From a virus, in the IMG/VR virus record IMGVR_UViG_3300045988_044939: DNA of 45,701 bases. One strand, written 5' to 3'. This document shows positions 25,294 through 32,934 of the stretch, in pieces. Numbering within the stretch: position 1 is the first letter of the stretch; each line of letters begins with the position of its first letter. The translations under genes were made by a program, and so were the position numbers. The notes beneath the pieces are model-generated. The model ran no database searches. It saw only the letters and a list, made by a program, of their open reading frames with translations, and was not told where the DNA came from.

Positions 25294-25405
25294 TAACTTC
25301 ATATCGAGAGTATCTTTCGATTGATTTCGGATGTCGGCTTATGCCGTATTACACAGAGGGGCAGGCTGAGACCTGTCCTTTTGTGATATGAAAGGGGTAA
25401 AAATT

Positions 25406-25828
25406 ATGGCAGAATTTACAAGTGTAGCTGCTCAGACTGTAGCAGCTAATGGAAACGTAGTATTTTCAAATACAGCAGTTAAGGGTTCTAACTGCATTCA
25501 GCACAGAGAGGGAAGTGGAATCATCACTCTGAGAGGATTGACTAACCAGTGCAAGGCTAGATTCTTTGTGGATTTTTCTGGTAATATCGCAATTCCAACA
25601 GGTGGAACTGTCGGAGCTATCTCTTTGGCGATTGCAATCTCTGGCGAACCTGTATTATCTTCACAGATGATTTCCACGCCGGCGGCAGTAGACCAGTACA
25701 ACAATGTGTCCTCTGGCATTTATATTGACGTACCTCGCGGATGTTGCGTTAACATCGCGGTAGAGAACACTAGCGATCAGGCAATTTCTGTTGCAAACGC
25801 AAACATTGTTGTAACCAGAGAAGCGTAG
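25406..25828 (+). CDS. beta-rich protein resembling BclA-C-terminal/C1q-TNF-like jelly-roll domains
   Basis: ATG 25406 lies 8 nt after AAAGGGG. The pattern of alternating hydrophobic strands (ITLRGL.., FFVDFSGNIAIP.., ISLAIAISGEPV.., IYIDVPRGCCVNIAVEN.., ANIVVTR) resembles exosporium BclA-C-like domains. Similarity was judged by eye only. Confidence 0.55.
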   Translation: MAEFTSVAAQTVAANGNVVFSNTAVKGSNCIQHREGSGIITLRGLTNQCKARFFVDFSGNIAIPTGGTVGAISLAIAISGEPVLSSQMISTPAAVDQYNNVSSGIYIDVPRGCCVNIAVENTSDQAISVANANIVVTREA

Positions 25829-25839
25829 GAGGTGCAGTT

Positions 25840-26394
25840 ATGAGAGATATTAAGGATTTATGCGCAAGAATCGAAGACGAGCTTTCCAAAATTGCTGATA
25901 ATGGACTGACCACTGGAAATCTGGATATGACGTATAAGCTGATTGACATGTACAAAGATATCAAGAATACACAGTACTGGGACAAAAAAGTGGAGTACTA
26001 TAACACTGTCCTTGATGAGATGCGTGGCGGCTATAATGACGATTACAGCGAACGCGGAAGAAAGCGTGACAGCATGGGGAGATACAGTGCAAATGACGGC
26101 AGAATGATGCCGGATTACGACTGGGGCAGTTCTTATGCCAGACGCGGTGAGCATTATGTCAGAGGACATTACAGCCGCTCTGATGGACGAGATGCTTATG
26201 ACGACTATATGACACAGAAACAGAGCTATCGTTCCGGCAAATCTGAGGACTGCAAGAGGAAGATGCTTGCCGCTCTGGAAGAACATCTCGACGAACTCAC
26301 TACAGAAATGAGCGATATGTCCAAGGACGCAGAGTGCCGGGAGGAACGCGATCTTGTTAAAAGATATGTGGAAAAGCTCCGGAATATGCTCTAA
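25840..26394 (+). CDS. charged R/D/Y/S-rich protein
   Basis: TAGGAGGTG RBS. N-terminal helical IEDELSKIADNGLTTGNLDMTYKLIDMYKDIK, then RD/RS/Y-rich low complexity. Confidence 0.6.
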   Translation: MRDIKDLCARIEDELSKIADNGLTTGNLDMTYKLIDMYKDIKNTQYWDKKVEYYNTVLDEMRGGYNDDYSERGRKRDSMGRYSANDGRMMPDYDWGSSYARRGEHYVRGHYSRSDGRDAYDDYMTQKQSYRSGKSEDCKRKMLAALEEHLDELTTEMSDMSKDAECREERDLVKRYVEKLRNML

Positions 26395-26401
26395 TTGGCT
26401 A

Positions 26402-26441
26402 AAACATGTACCACAACTTTTTGAAGAGTCTGTGGTAAAAT
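26402..26441 (+). promoter_or_regulatory. late-promoter-like motif, copy 2
   Basis: AAACATGTACCACAACTTTT (26402-26421), 11 nt, then TGGTAAAAT (26433-26441). Same spacing as copy 1. Confidence 0.6.
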
Positions 26442-26447
26442 GTATTC

Positions 26448-27034
26448 ATAAGGAAGATTCGTAAGTGATTACAGTCACTTGACATAGATGCATTTTTTCA
26501 TTGATTCCTCCTTTCTTGGGTACGTGTCCTTAATAGAAAATGCAGTGTTTAGCTAACACAAGAAGCATGAGGTTGAAAAGCGAATGCAATTTCCGACACG
26601 TACCATTGCCGTTAGTGCATGGCGGCATACCTCCTTGTGAGCATATAACTGAATAGTGGAATCCAACCCGTGCAGAGGTGCGCGACAGTATAGGCGGTGT
26701 TGACGTAGCCCGAAACGTCTCGTGTTTAGGCATAGCACGTTAAATACCTTGCTAACCCGGGAATCCGGGTTATGTGGAAAGTACGTTAATGGTAGACTGA
26801 CAGGGTCGCTCCCTGGGTTCCGGTTCGATTCCGGGCTTTCCGCTTTGATTCGGTTAGAATTACGCTGTCTGTATACAGGCGGTTTATGATTCGGCTGAAT
26901 TTGCATAGAAGCAGTTGTGCAGAAACCAATGATATCAATGGAAGAACAGAAACTACTTGCGACTATGCTCAAACAACCCATGGGAAAAGGTTATTGCTTA
27001 TCCTGTTGACTGGAGGCCGGTCCGAAAAGCATAA
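26448..27034 (+). ncRNA. large structured noncoding RNA candidate (ROOL/GOLLD-class), boundaries approximate
   Basis: About 0.8 kb has no RBS-bearing ORF and starts after a promoter motif. Exact helices include 26519-26528/26595-26604 (10 bp), 26754-26760/26765-26771 (7 bp), 26903-26908/26963-26968 and 26463-26468/26475-26480. It is flanked and interrupted by tRNA-like elements. Confidence 0.55.
26775..26843 (+). other. tRNA-like element embedded in the noncoding region
   Basis: Acceptor TGGAAAG / CTTTCCG and canonical T-arm TCCGG-TTCGATT-CCGGG. The D-arm is weak, and the anticodon arm CAGGG-TCGCT-CCCTG has only a 5-nt loop with a very short variable region. Confidence 0.35.
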
Positions 27035-27108
27035 TGGAATGTAGCTCAGTTGGAAGAGCGGAGAGCACATAGCTCTTGACGTCGCAGGTTCGAATCCTGC
27101 CTTTCCGT
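27035..27108 (+). tRNA. tRNA or tRNA-like (anticodon CAU if the loop is 7 nt), atypical
   Basis: Canonical TA-GCTC-AGTTGGAA-GAGC D-arm and GCAGG-TTCGAAT-CCTGC T-arm. The acceptor TGGAATG/CTTTCCG has one U-U mismatch and a U1-G72 pair. The anticodon loop CACATAG has A33 and a pairable C32-G38. No encoded CCA. Confidence 0.55.
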
Positions 27109-27185
27109 TTACCTTGCCAGTGGTCTAACTGGCTTAATCCATTTACCTGCGGCGGCAGGTCAATAAACACGACCAGGAGGATGTT

Positions 27186-27818
27186 ATGCAGAAACTTATT
27201 GACACATTAAAATCATTTGGAATTGAGATCCCGGAGGACAAGCAGGCGGATGTTAAAAAGGCACTCTCTGAGCATTATAAGAATGCCAAAGAAGTAGCAA
27301 AAACCCTGTCGAAAGTCGAGGGAGAACGTGATGGCTGGAAAGAACGTGCCGAGACAGCAGAAGAAACCTTAAAAGGTTTTGACGGTATCGACCCGGCAAA
27401 TGTTAAAAGCGAGTTAGAGACTTGGAAACAGAAGGCAGCAGATGCAGAGAAAGAGTTTAATGCAAAAATCTACGACCGTGATTTCTCAGACGCTCTGAAA
27501 GCGGCACTCGACGATGTTAAGTTTTCCAGCGAAGCAGCAAAGAAATCAGTCATGGCAGATATTAAAGAAGCAGGTCTTAAGCTGAAAGATGGTAAAATCC
27601 TTGGATTAAATGACCTGATCGAACAGATGAAGCAGTCTGACGCATCCGCTTTTGTAGATGAATCTCAGCAGCAGGCTCAGCAGAACCAGGCAAGATTTAC
27701 CACTCATGTTGGACAGCAGCAGACACCGGGAAGCATGACAAAGAAGGAAATCGAAGCGATCAAAGACCCGTCCGAGAGACAGGCTGCAATTGCTCAGAAT
27801 ATCCAGTTATTCCAGTGA
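27186..27818 (+). CDS. scaffolding protein (DUF4355-like)
   Basis: Helical, charged, immediately upstream of the major capsid gene, with CAGGAGG RBS. Confidence 0.75.
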   Translation: MQKLIDTLKSFGIEIPEDKQADVKKALSEHYKNAKEVAKTLSKVEGERDGWKERAETAEETLKGFDGIDPANVKSELETWKQKAADAEKEFNAKIYDRDFSDALKAALDDVKFSSEAAKKSVMADIKEAGLKLKDGKILGLNDLIEQMKQSDASAFVDESQQQAQQNQARFTTHVGQQQTPGSMTKKEIEAIKDPSERQAAIAQNIQLFQ

Positions 27819-27828
27819 TTTTTTACAC

Positions 27829-27888
27829 CGACTATACGCCAGAGTATAGCCGCTAACCCAATACCTTAATAGTTATGGGTAGAAAGGA
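27829..27888 (+). promoter_or_regulatory. conserved 5-prime leader motif upstream of the major capsid gene
   Basis: Hairpin CGACTATAC/GTATAGCCG, then CGCTAACC and AGTTATGGGTAGAAAGGA. Same architecture as 31328-31390. Confidence 0.55.
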
Positions 27889-27896
27889 TTTTTTAT

Positions 27897-29054
27897 ATGG
27901 CAGCAAAAGCTAATCTTATTATGACAAATGATATCCAGGTCACGGCACGTGAGATTGACTTTGTAACCAGATTCGAAAGAAACTGGGAGCACTTGCGTGA
28001 GATTCTTGGTATCATGCGTCCAATCAAAAAGACACCCGGAGCGGTTCTTAAATCAAAATACGCAGAAGGCACATTGCAGGACGGAAATGTTAAAGAGGGC
28101 GAAGAAATCCCTTACAGCAAATTCACTGTAAAAGAAAAGCCTTATGCAGAAATGAGCATTGAGAAGTACGCAAAGGCTGTATCTATCGAAGCAATCAAGG
28201 ATCACGGTTATGAGAACGCTGTTCAGATGACCGATGACGAATTCCTTTTCCAGCTTCAGACCAATGTTACCGGCAGATTCTATGATTATCTGAAAACCGG
28301 TACACTTACTTCCACAGAAACCACATTCCAGATGGCTCTGGCAATGGCTAAGGGTCGTGTTGAAAACAAATTCAAGCAGATGCACAGAAATGTGACTGGT
28401 GTTGTTGGATTTGTGAATATTCTGGACGTATATGAATACCTCGGAGCAGCTGAGATCACTATTCAGAACCAGTTCGGATTCCAATACATGAAGGATTTCA
28501 TGGGATTCAATACCATCTTCCTGTTATCTGACAGTGAGATCCCACGTGGACAGGTTATCGCTACACCTGTTGAGAACATCGTTCTTTACTATGTGGATCC
28601 AAACGAATCTGATTTCGCAAGAGCAGGCCTTGTATACACTGTATCTGGCGAGACAAATCTGATCGGATTCCATACACAGGGCAACTACCACACGGCAGTG
28701 TCTGAAGCGTTCGCGGTTATGGGACTTACTCTTTTTGCGGAGTACATTGATGCAATTGCAGTAATTACCATTGATGAGACACCAGCACTTGGCACTCTGG
28801 TAGTAACATCTGCGGAAGGAACAGCAACTGGTGATACAAAAATCACTGTAAATCCGGCTAAGGAAAACTCCAACAACGTATACAAATACAAAGTTGCGGC
28901 AGACGCAGTAACTGTCGGATATGGACAGAATCTCAGAAACTGGACTTCTTGGGACGGAAAAGCTGATGTTAAAGCAGCAACCGGACAGAAGATTACAGTA
29001 GTTGAGTGTGACGGAACATACAAAGCACTGAATGCCGGAAGTGCGACTCTGTAA
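27897..29054 (+). CDS. major capsid protein (HK97-fold type) with C-terminal Ig-like extension
   Basis: The call rests on position after the scaffold, size and sequence character. The C-terminal 90 aa or so (LVVTSAEGTATGDTKITVNPA...KITVVECDGTYKAL) looks like a Big_2-type domain. Confidence 0.8.
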   Translation: MAAKANLIMTNDIQVTAREIDFVTRFERNWEHLREILGIMRPIKKTPGAVLKSKYAEGTLQDGNVKEGEEIPYSKFTVKEKPYAEMSIEKYAKAVSIEAIKDHGYENAVQMTDDEFLFQLQTNVTGRFYDYLKTGTLTSTETTFQMALAMAKGRVENKFKQMHRNVTGVVGFVNILDVYEYLGAAEITIQNQFGFQYMKDFMGFNTIFLLSDSEIPRGQVIATPVENIVLYYVDPNESDFARAGLVYTVSGETNLIGFHTQGNYHTAVSEAFAVMGLTLFAEYIDAIAVITIDETPALGTLVVTSAEGTATGDTKITVNPAKENSNNVYKYKVAADAVTVGYGQNLRNWTSWDGKADVKAATGQKITVVECDGTYKALNAGSATL

Positions 29055-29086
29055 CAGCAAAATCATAAATGTAGGAGGTAACTGGC

Positions 29087-29581
29087 ATGGCTTATGCAGA
29101 TTATAAATTCTATACAGAATCATTCGGCAATGTCGTGCCAGAAACCGACTTTCCACGACTGGCAGAAAGAGCCAGTGATTTTGTGGACACAATGACGTTT
29201 GATAGGTTGGTGGACGGACTGCCGACGAACGAACGCTCACAGAAGCGCATCAAAAAGGTGGTCTGCTCACTGGCTGAATTAATGTATCAGATTGAGCTTG
29301 CTGAAAAGAATGCTACTAATGCCGCTGTGAGCGGTACATCAACCGTAATCGGGTCCGGTGGTAGCATTACAGGCATTGTAACCTCTGTATCATCCGGCAG
29401 TGAATCCATCTCTTACGCAACACCTCAGCAGATTGGGGCGAGCGCAAAAGAGTGGAGCGCAGTGTATGCCGCCGCCGGAGATGTACAAAAAACGAACAAC
29501 TTACTCTTAAAGACAGCTTTGCCGCTTCTGATAGGAGTAAGGACTGATGATGGAATACCAGTATTGTATGCAGGAGTGTGA
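29087..29581 (+). CDS. head-tail connector/adaptor (gp6-like)
   Basis: MAYADYKFYTESFGN...ETDFPRLAERASDFVD is a typical Phage_connect_1 N-terminus. Confidence 0.65.
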   Translation: MAYADYKFYTESFGNVVPETDFPRLAERASDFVDTMTFDRLVDGLPTNERSQKRIKKVVCSLAELMYQIELAEKNATNAAVSGTSTVIGSGGSITGIVTSVSSGSESISYATPQQIGASAKEWSAVYAAAGDVQKTNNLLLKTALPLLIGVRTDDGIPVLYAGV

Positions 29582-29585
29582 TTAT

Positions 29586-29855
29586 ATGGACATTTCAACG
29601 CTTGGCTCATGTATAGCAATCGTTATGATCTGCTACATCGTAGGAATGGGCTGCAAAGCATCAAAAAGAATCTCTGATGAATGGATTCCGGTAATCATGG
29701 CGGTTATTGGTGGAATTCTCGGAGCGGTCGGGATGGGAGTTATCCCGGATTTCCCGGCATCGGACTATATCACGGCAGTTGCAGTTGGTATGTTTAACGG
29801 ATTGTCGGCAACTGGTGTGAATCAGGTTATTAAGCAGGCAGTGCAGAAAGAATAA
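29586..29855 (+). CDS. holin-like membrane protein
   Basis: ATG 29586 lies 9 nt after AGGAG. It has three hydrophobic segments and the motif WIPVIMAVIGGILGAVGMGVIPDFP...GLSATGVNQVIKQ, which resembles Firmicutes phage holins. Confidence 0.6.
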   Translation: MDISTLGSCIAIVMICYIVGMGCKASKRISDEWIPVIMAVIGGILGAVGMGVIPDFPASDYITAVAVGMFNGLSATGVNQVIKQAVQKE

Positions 29856-29871
29856 TTAAGGAGAGGGTATC

Positions 29872-30333
29872 ATGTACGAAAAAACGGTGACGATTTTTGA
29901 CTATTACGAATCAGCCACGACAGGAGATGCGTACTGGTATCCTCATGTTTTATCCGGCGTTGACCTCATTACGGACAAGGGGGCAATTCTTAAAAAGTAC
30001 GGACCAGACGCAACTGACAACGCACAGTTACACATTCGTTATACTGTTCAGAATGGCGATATAACCATTACTGACAAGAATGGCAAGATTCTCCCATGGG
30101 TGCCAGTTAAAGAGTGGAAAAGGCAGATTAACAACGCTCTGGAAGACACTATTACATTCTCAGATGAATCATTCTTCTGGGAGGGTGAGTGGACTGGTGG
30201 AACGGTATCTGACAGTGATTATCGGAATGGATTCTACCAGTACATGAATGAGAATAAGGACAACGTATTCAAGATTACCAGTGTGGGTGGTCCGTATACA
30301 CTGATTCCACATTTTGAGATTCTGGGTAAGTAA
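29872..30333 (+). CDS. head-tail joining / head closure protein candidate
   Basis: Call is based on position in the connector module; AAGGAGAGGG RBS. Confidence 0.5.
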   Translation: MYEKTVTIFDYYESATTGDAYWYPHVLSGVDLITDKGAILKKYGPDATDNAQLHIRYTVQNGDITITDKNGKILPWVPVKEWKRQINNALEDTITFSDESFFWEGEWTGGTVSDSDYRNGFYQYMNENKDNVFKITSVGGPYTLIPHFEILGK

Positions 30334-30334
30334 T

Positions 30335-30826
30335 ATGAGCAAAATTCATCATTTCAAAGGATTCTCCATAGTTGACGGAAATATGAAAATCAAGCTGAAT
30401 ATGGACAGGTTCTCCAGACAATACCAAGAAGCCCAGTATCTTCTTGATGGAATGGTTATGGACGGTATGGTTCCGTTTATGCCGATGATTACAGGAGACT
30501 TCATTAACCGGACAAGAGTTGAGAGTACATCCTTGCAAGGAACTGGGAAAGTATGTGCGGCGGCGGCTCCTTATGGGCGTTTTCTGTACGAGGGGAAAGG
30601 AATGGTTGATGAAGCAACTGGAAGTCCCTACGCGAGACGTGGAGCAAAGAAAGTTCTCGTCAGTCAGTTTTCTGGCCGGACAGCCGCAAAGGAAAATCTT
30701 GAATACACCAAACAAGCTCACCCACAGGCACAGGCAAAGTGGTTTGATGCCGCTAAACGACAATACGGTGACGCATGGATTCGTAAAGTAAAAGCACAGG
30801 CAGGAGGTGGCAGATATGGCGGATAA
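30335..30826 (+). CDS. minor capsid / tail-completion-type protein
   Basis: ATG 30335 within ORF 30314..30826, in the connector module. Confidence 0.5.
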   Translation: MSKIHHFKGFSIVDGNMKIKLNMDRFSRQYQEAQYLLDGMVMDGMVPFMPMITGDFINRTRVESTSLQGTGKVCAAAAPYGRFLYEGKGMVDEATGSPYARRGAKKVLVSQFSGRTAAKENLEYTKQAHPQAQAKWFDAAKRQYGDAWIRKVKAQAGGGRYGG

Positions 30827-31316
30827 ACCTATCGGTAAGGATGCAACCGGATACGAGATTCTGACAGATGCCATGAAAGCACTTCTGAACCAGTATCCGG
30901 GACTGTACGAAAATGAAACAATCAAATTTGAAGAACTCGGAAAGGAATCAGGTATTGCGTTCTCAGCAGATAATGGAGCTTTAATCTATTCAGAAAAAGA
31001 AGATGTCTGTGGTGTGATGCACCAGATATGCCAGTATCCGTTTTATGTGGTATACCGAACGGCATCTGACAAGGAAAGGCAGAAGTTATCTGTTCAGAAG
31101 TTCCTTGATAATCTCGGTAAATGGATATGTCGAGAACCAGTTGTCATAAACGGCTCTGAGACACGCTTAAATGCGTTTCCTGAACTTTCACAGGGACGAG
31201 TGATAAAGCGCATTACTCGCGATAACTCCTATGGTTTAGAGCCACAGGAGAGTGGCGTACAGGATTGGTTATTGCCATTGTCAGTACGCTACGAAAACAC
31301 TTATGAAGTAATATAA
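30816..31316 (+). CDS. minor capsid / tail terminator-type protein
   Basis: ATG 30816 after AGGAGGTG; precedes the major tail gene. Confidence 0.5.
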   Translation: MADKPIGKDATGYEILTDAMKALLNQYPGLYENETIKFEELGKESGIAFSADNGALIYSEKEDVCGVMHQICQYPFYVVYRTASDKERQKLSVQKFLDNLGKWICREPVVINGSETRLNAFPELSQGRVIKRITRDNSYGLEPQESGVQDWLLPLSVRYENTYEVI

Positions 31317-31327
31317 CAAGTAACAAC

Positions 31328-31390
31328 CGGCTATCAATTAGAGATAGTCGCTAACCTACACAGCCTTTTAAAAGTTATAGGCAGAAAGGA
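31328..31390 (+). promoter_or_regulatory. conserved 5-prime leader motif upstream of the major tail gene
   Basis: Hairpin CGGCTATC/GATAGTCG, then CGCTAACC and AGTTATAGGCAGAAAGGA. Confidence 0.55.
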
Positions 31391-31397
31391 CATTTCT

Positions 31398-31898
31398 ATG
31401 GCAGTTACAGGAAAAATTGACCGTAAATATATGGCACATTATATCGATGCAGGCTCTCTCTGTGGGGGACTGACACCGAAATATGAGCGTCTTGGAAAAG
31501 ATCTGGAAGAGTACAATGTCGAACTCAATCCAGATACTGAAACATCTAAAAACATTCTCGGAGAATCCACATTCAAGCATAACGGCTACGAAGTTTCTTC
31601 TGACGCTGATCCGTTCTATGCAGATACTACTTCTGATCTGTTCACGGCATTGCAGAAGATCGTAGATGGACGTCTCAAAGACGACAACCTTAAAACAAAA
31701 GCAGTTGAGGTACATCTCTGGACAGAAGCCACAGCAGGAAAGTATGAAGCATATCAGCAGGATTGCTATGTTGTGCCGACTTCCTACGGCGGTGACACAT
31801 CCGGCTATCAGATTCCGTTTACCGTCAACTATGTTGGCGAACGTGTAAAAGGAAAATTTGATATCAGTTCCGGTACATTCACAGCTGACAGTGAATAA
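31398..31898 (+). CDS. major tail protein
   Basis: Size and position upstream of the chaperone genes and tape measure. Confidence 0.7.
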   Translation: MAVTGKIDRKYMAHYIDAGSLCGGLTPKYERLGKDLEEYNVELNPDTETSKNILGESTFKHNGYEVSSDADPFYADTTSDLFTALQKIVDGRLKDDNLKTKAVEVHLWTEATAGKYEAYQQDCYVVPTSYGGDTSGYQIPFTVNYVGERVKGKFDISSGTFTADSE

Positions 31899-31924
31899 GC
31901 ACATATACAAGGAGGGCGTGCCAA

Positions 31925-32350
31925 ATGGCAAAAATAATTAATACAAAAATTGATGATGGAATTCTCATTTTTACATTCACAAATAACGAAGATGAAGTTT
32001 TTTCTTCTTTCAAACTTAATCCGACGGACATTAATGTAGCAGCACGTGCAGAGGAGCTGATAGAATATTTTGAGCAGCTCAAAGATTCTATTCAGAAAGT
32101 TACATCTGGTAAAGAGATGGCAGAGCTGAATAGACAGATTGAGGATAAAATCAATTATCTGCTCGGATATGAAGCATCAAAAGACCTGTTCAAAGAACCA
32201 ATTACCGCAACAACCGTTTTCGGAAATGGTCAGGTGTTCGCTTACATTGTTCTGGATAAGATCGCAGAAGCAATTGCGCCGGAAATCGAAAAGAGAAAAA
32301 AGAAAATGCAGGCAGCAGTCAATAAGTATACGGAGAAGTATGCAAAATGA
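31925..32350 (+). CDS. tail assembly chaperone
   Basis: Position between the major tail and tape-measure genes. Confidence 0.6.
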   Translation: MAKIINTKIDDGILIFTFTNNEDEVFSSFKLNPTDINVAARAEELIEYFEQLKDSIQKVTSGKEMAELNRQIEDKINYLLGYEASKDLFKEPITATTVFGNGQVFAYIVLDKIAEAIAPEIEKRKKKMQAAVNKYTEKYAK

Positions 32351-32919
32351 CCGCCTATGAGCTTCCCACCTCACTCAACATCAGTGGGGTGGATTTTTCT
32401 ATTAGAACGGATTTTCGAGCGATCATTGACATTCTAATTGCCATGAATGACCCGGAACTGGATGAGCAGGCGAAAGCAGTTGTTATGCTACAGATTCTGT
32501 TTGAGGACTGGCAGAGTATACCGGCTGAGTGTCTGAATGAAGCTTGTCAGAAAGCGTCGGAGTTCATCGACTGCGGACAGTTGGACGATAATCCAAACCA
32601 CCCAAAGCCCCGTTTAATGGACTGGGAACAGGATGGAGATATGATCGTTCCGGCGGTAAATAAAGTTGCTGGTAAAGAAATCAGATCAGTACCTTATATG
32701 CACTGGTGGACGTTTTTTGGATACTTTATGGAATCTGGCGAGTGCCTGTTCAACACCGTAGTTGGAATCCGCTCTAAAAAAGCAAAGGGTGAAAAACTCG
32801 ATAAATGGGAAAAGAAATTTTATCAGGAAAATAAAAACATAATTGACATAAAAACACGTCTCAGCGACGAGGAGCAAGCTTATAAAGATAAGCTGAATGA
32901 GATGTTGAACCTCAAATAG
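32347..32919 (+). CDS. Gp15-like tail assembly protein
   Basis: ATGA overlap. N-terminus resembles the Phage_Gp15 family (assignment from memory). Confidence 0.55.
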   Translation: MTAYELPTSLNISGVDFSIRTDFRAIIDILIAMNDPELDEQAKAVVMLQILFEDWQSIPAECLNEACQKASEFIDCGQLDDNPNHPKPRLMDWEQDGDMIVPAVNKVAGKEIRSVPYMHWWTFFGYFMESGECLFNTVVGIRSKKAKGEKLDKWEKKFYQENKNIIDIKTRLSDEEQAYKDKLNEMLNLK

Positions 32920-32934
32920 TTAGGAGGTGGACAC

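Noticed and set aside
24616-25302. 228-aa minus-strand ORF antisense to 24517..25293
   Set aside because: It has no RBS and its composition is Cys/Ser/Ile/Arg-rich shadow-like. The plus-strand gene has an AAAGGAG RBS and fits the operon.
26553-26981. 142-aa and 67-aa minus-strand ORFs inside the 26.4-27.2 kb region
   Set aside because: They have no RBS and are Cys/Arg/Pro/Ser-rich. One runs straight through a tRNA-like T-arm. The dense exact helices are better explained by structured RNA.
28524-29240. 238-aa minus-strand ORF (with 28685..29023 and 28053..28484) inside the major capsid gene
   Set aside because: These are antisense shadows of a strongly supported structural gene, with no RBS and junk-like Cys/Arg/Ser-rich sequence.
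30275-30925. 216-aa minus-strand ORF, plus 31368..31931 (187 aa) and 41502..42134 (210 aa)
   Set aside because: All three lie antisense to well-supported connector, tail and endolysin genes, lack SD sequences and look compositionally non-protein.
32296-32302. Canonical -1 slippery heptamer A-AAA-AAG near the end of the tail chaperone gene (possible G/GT-type frameshift)
   Set aside because: The heptamer is in the correct phase, but the -1 frame hits TAA after 7 codons (32323-32325). The +1 frame ends at 32360. No extended fusion product is possible, and the next gene starts by ATGA overlap instead.
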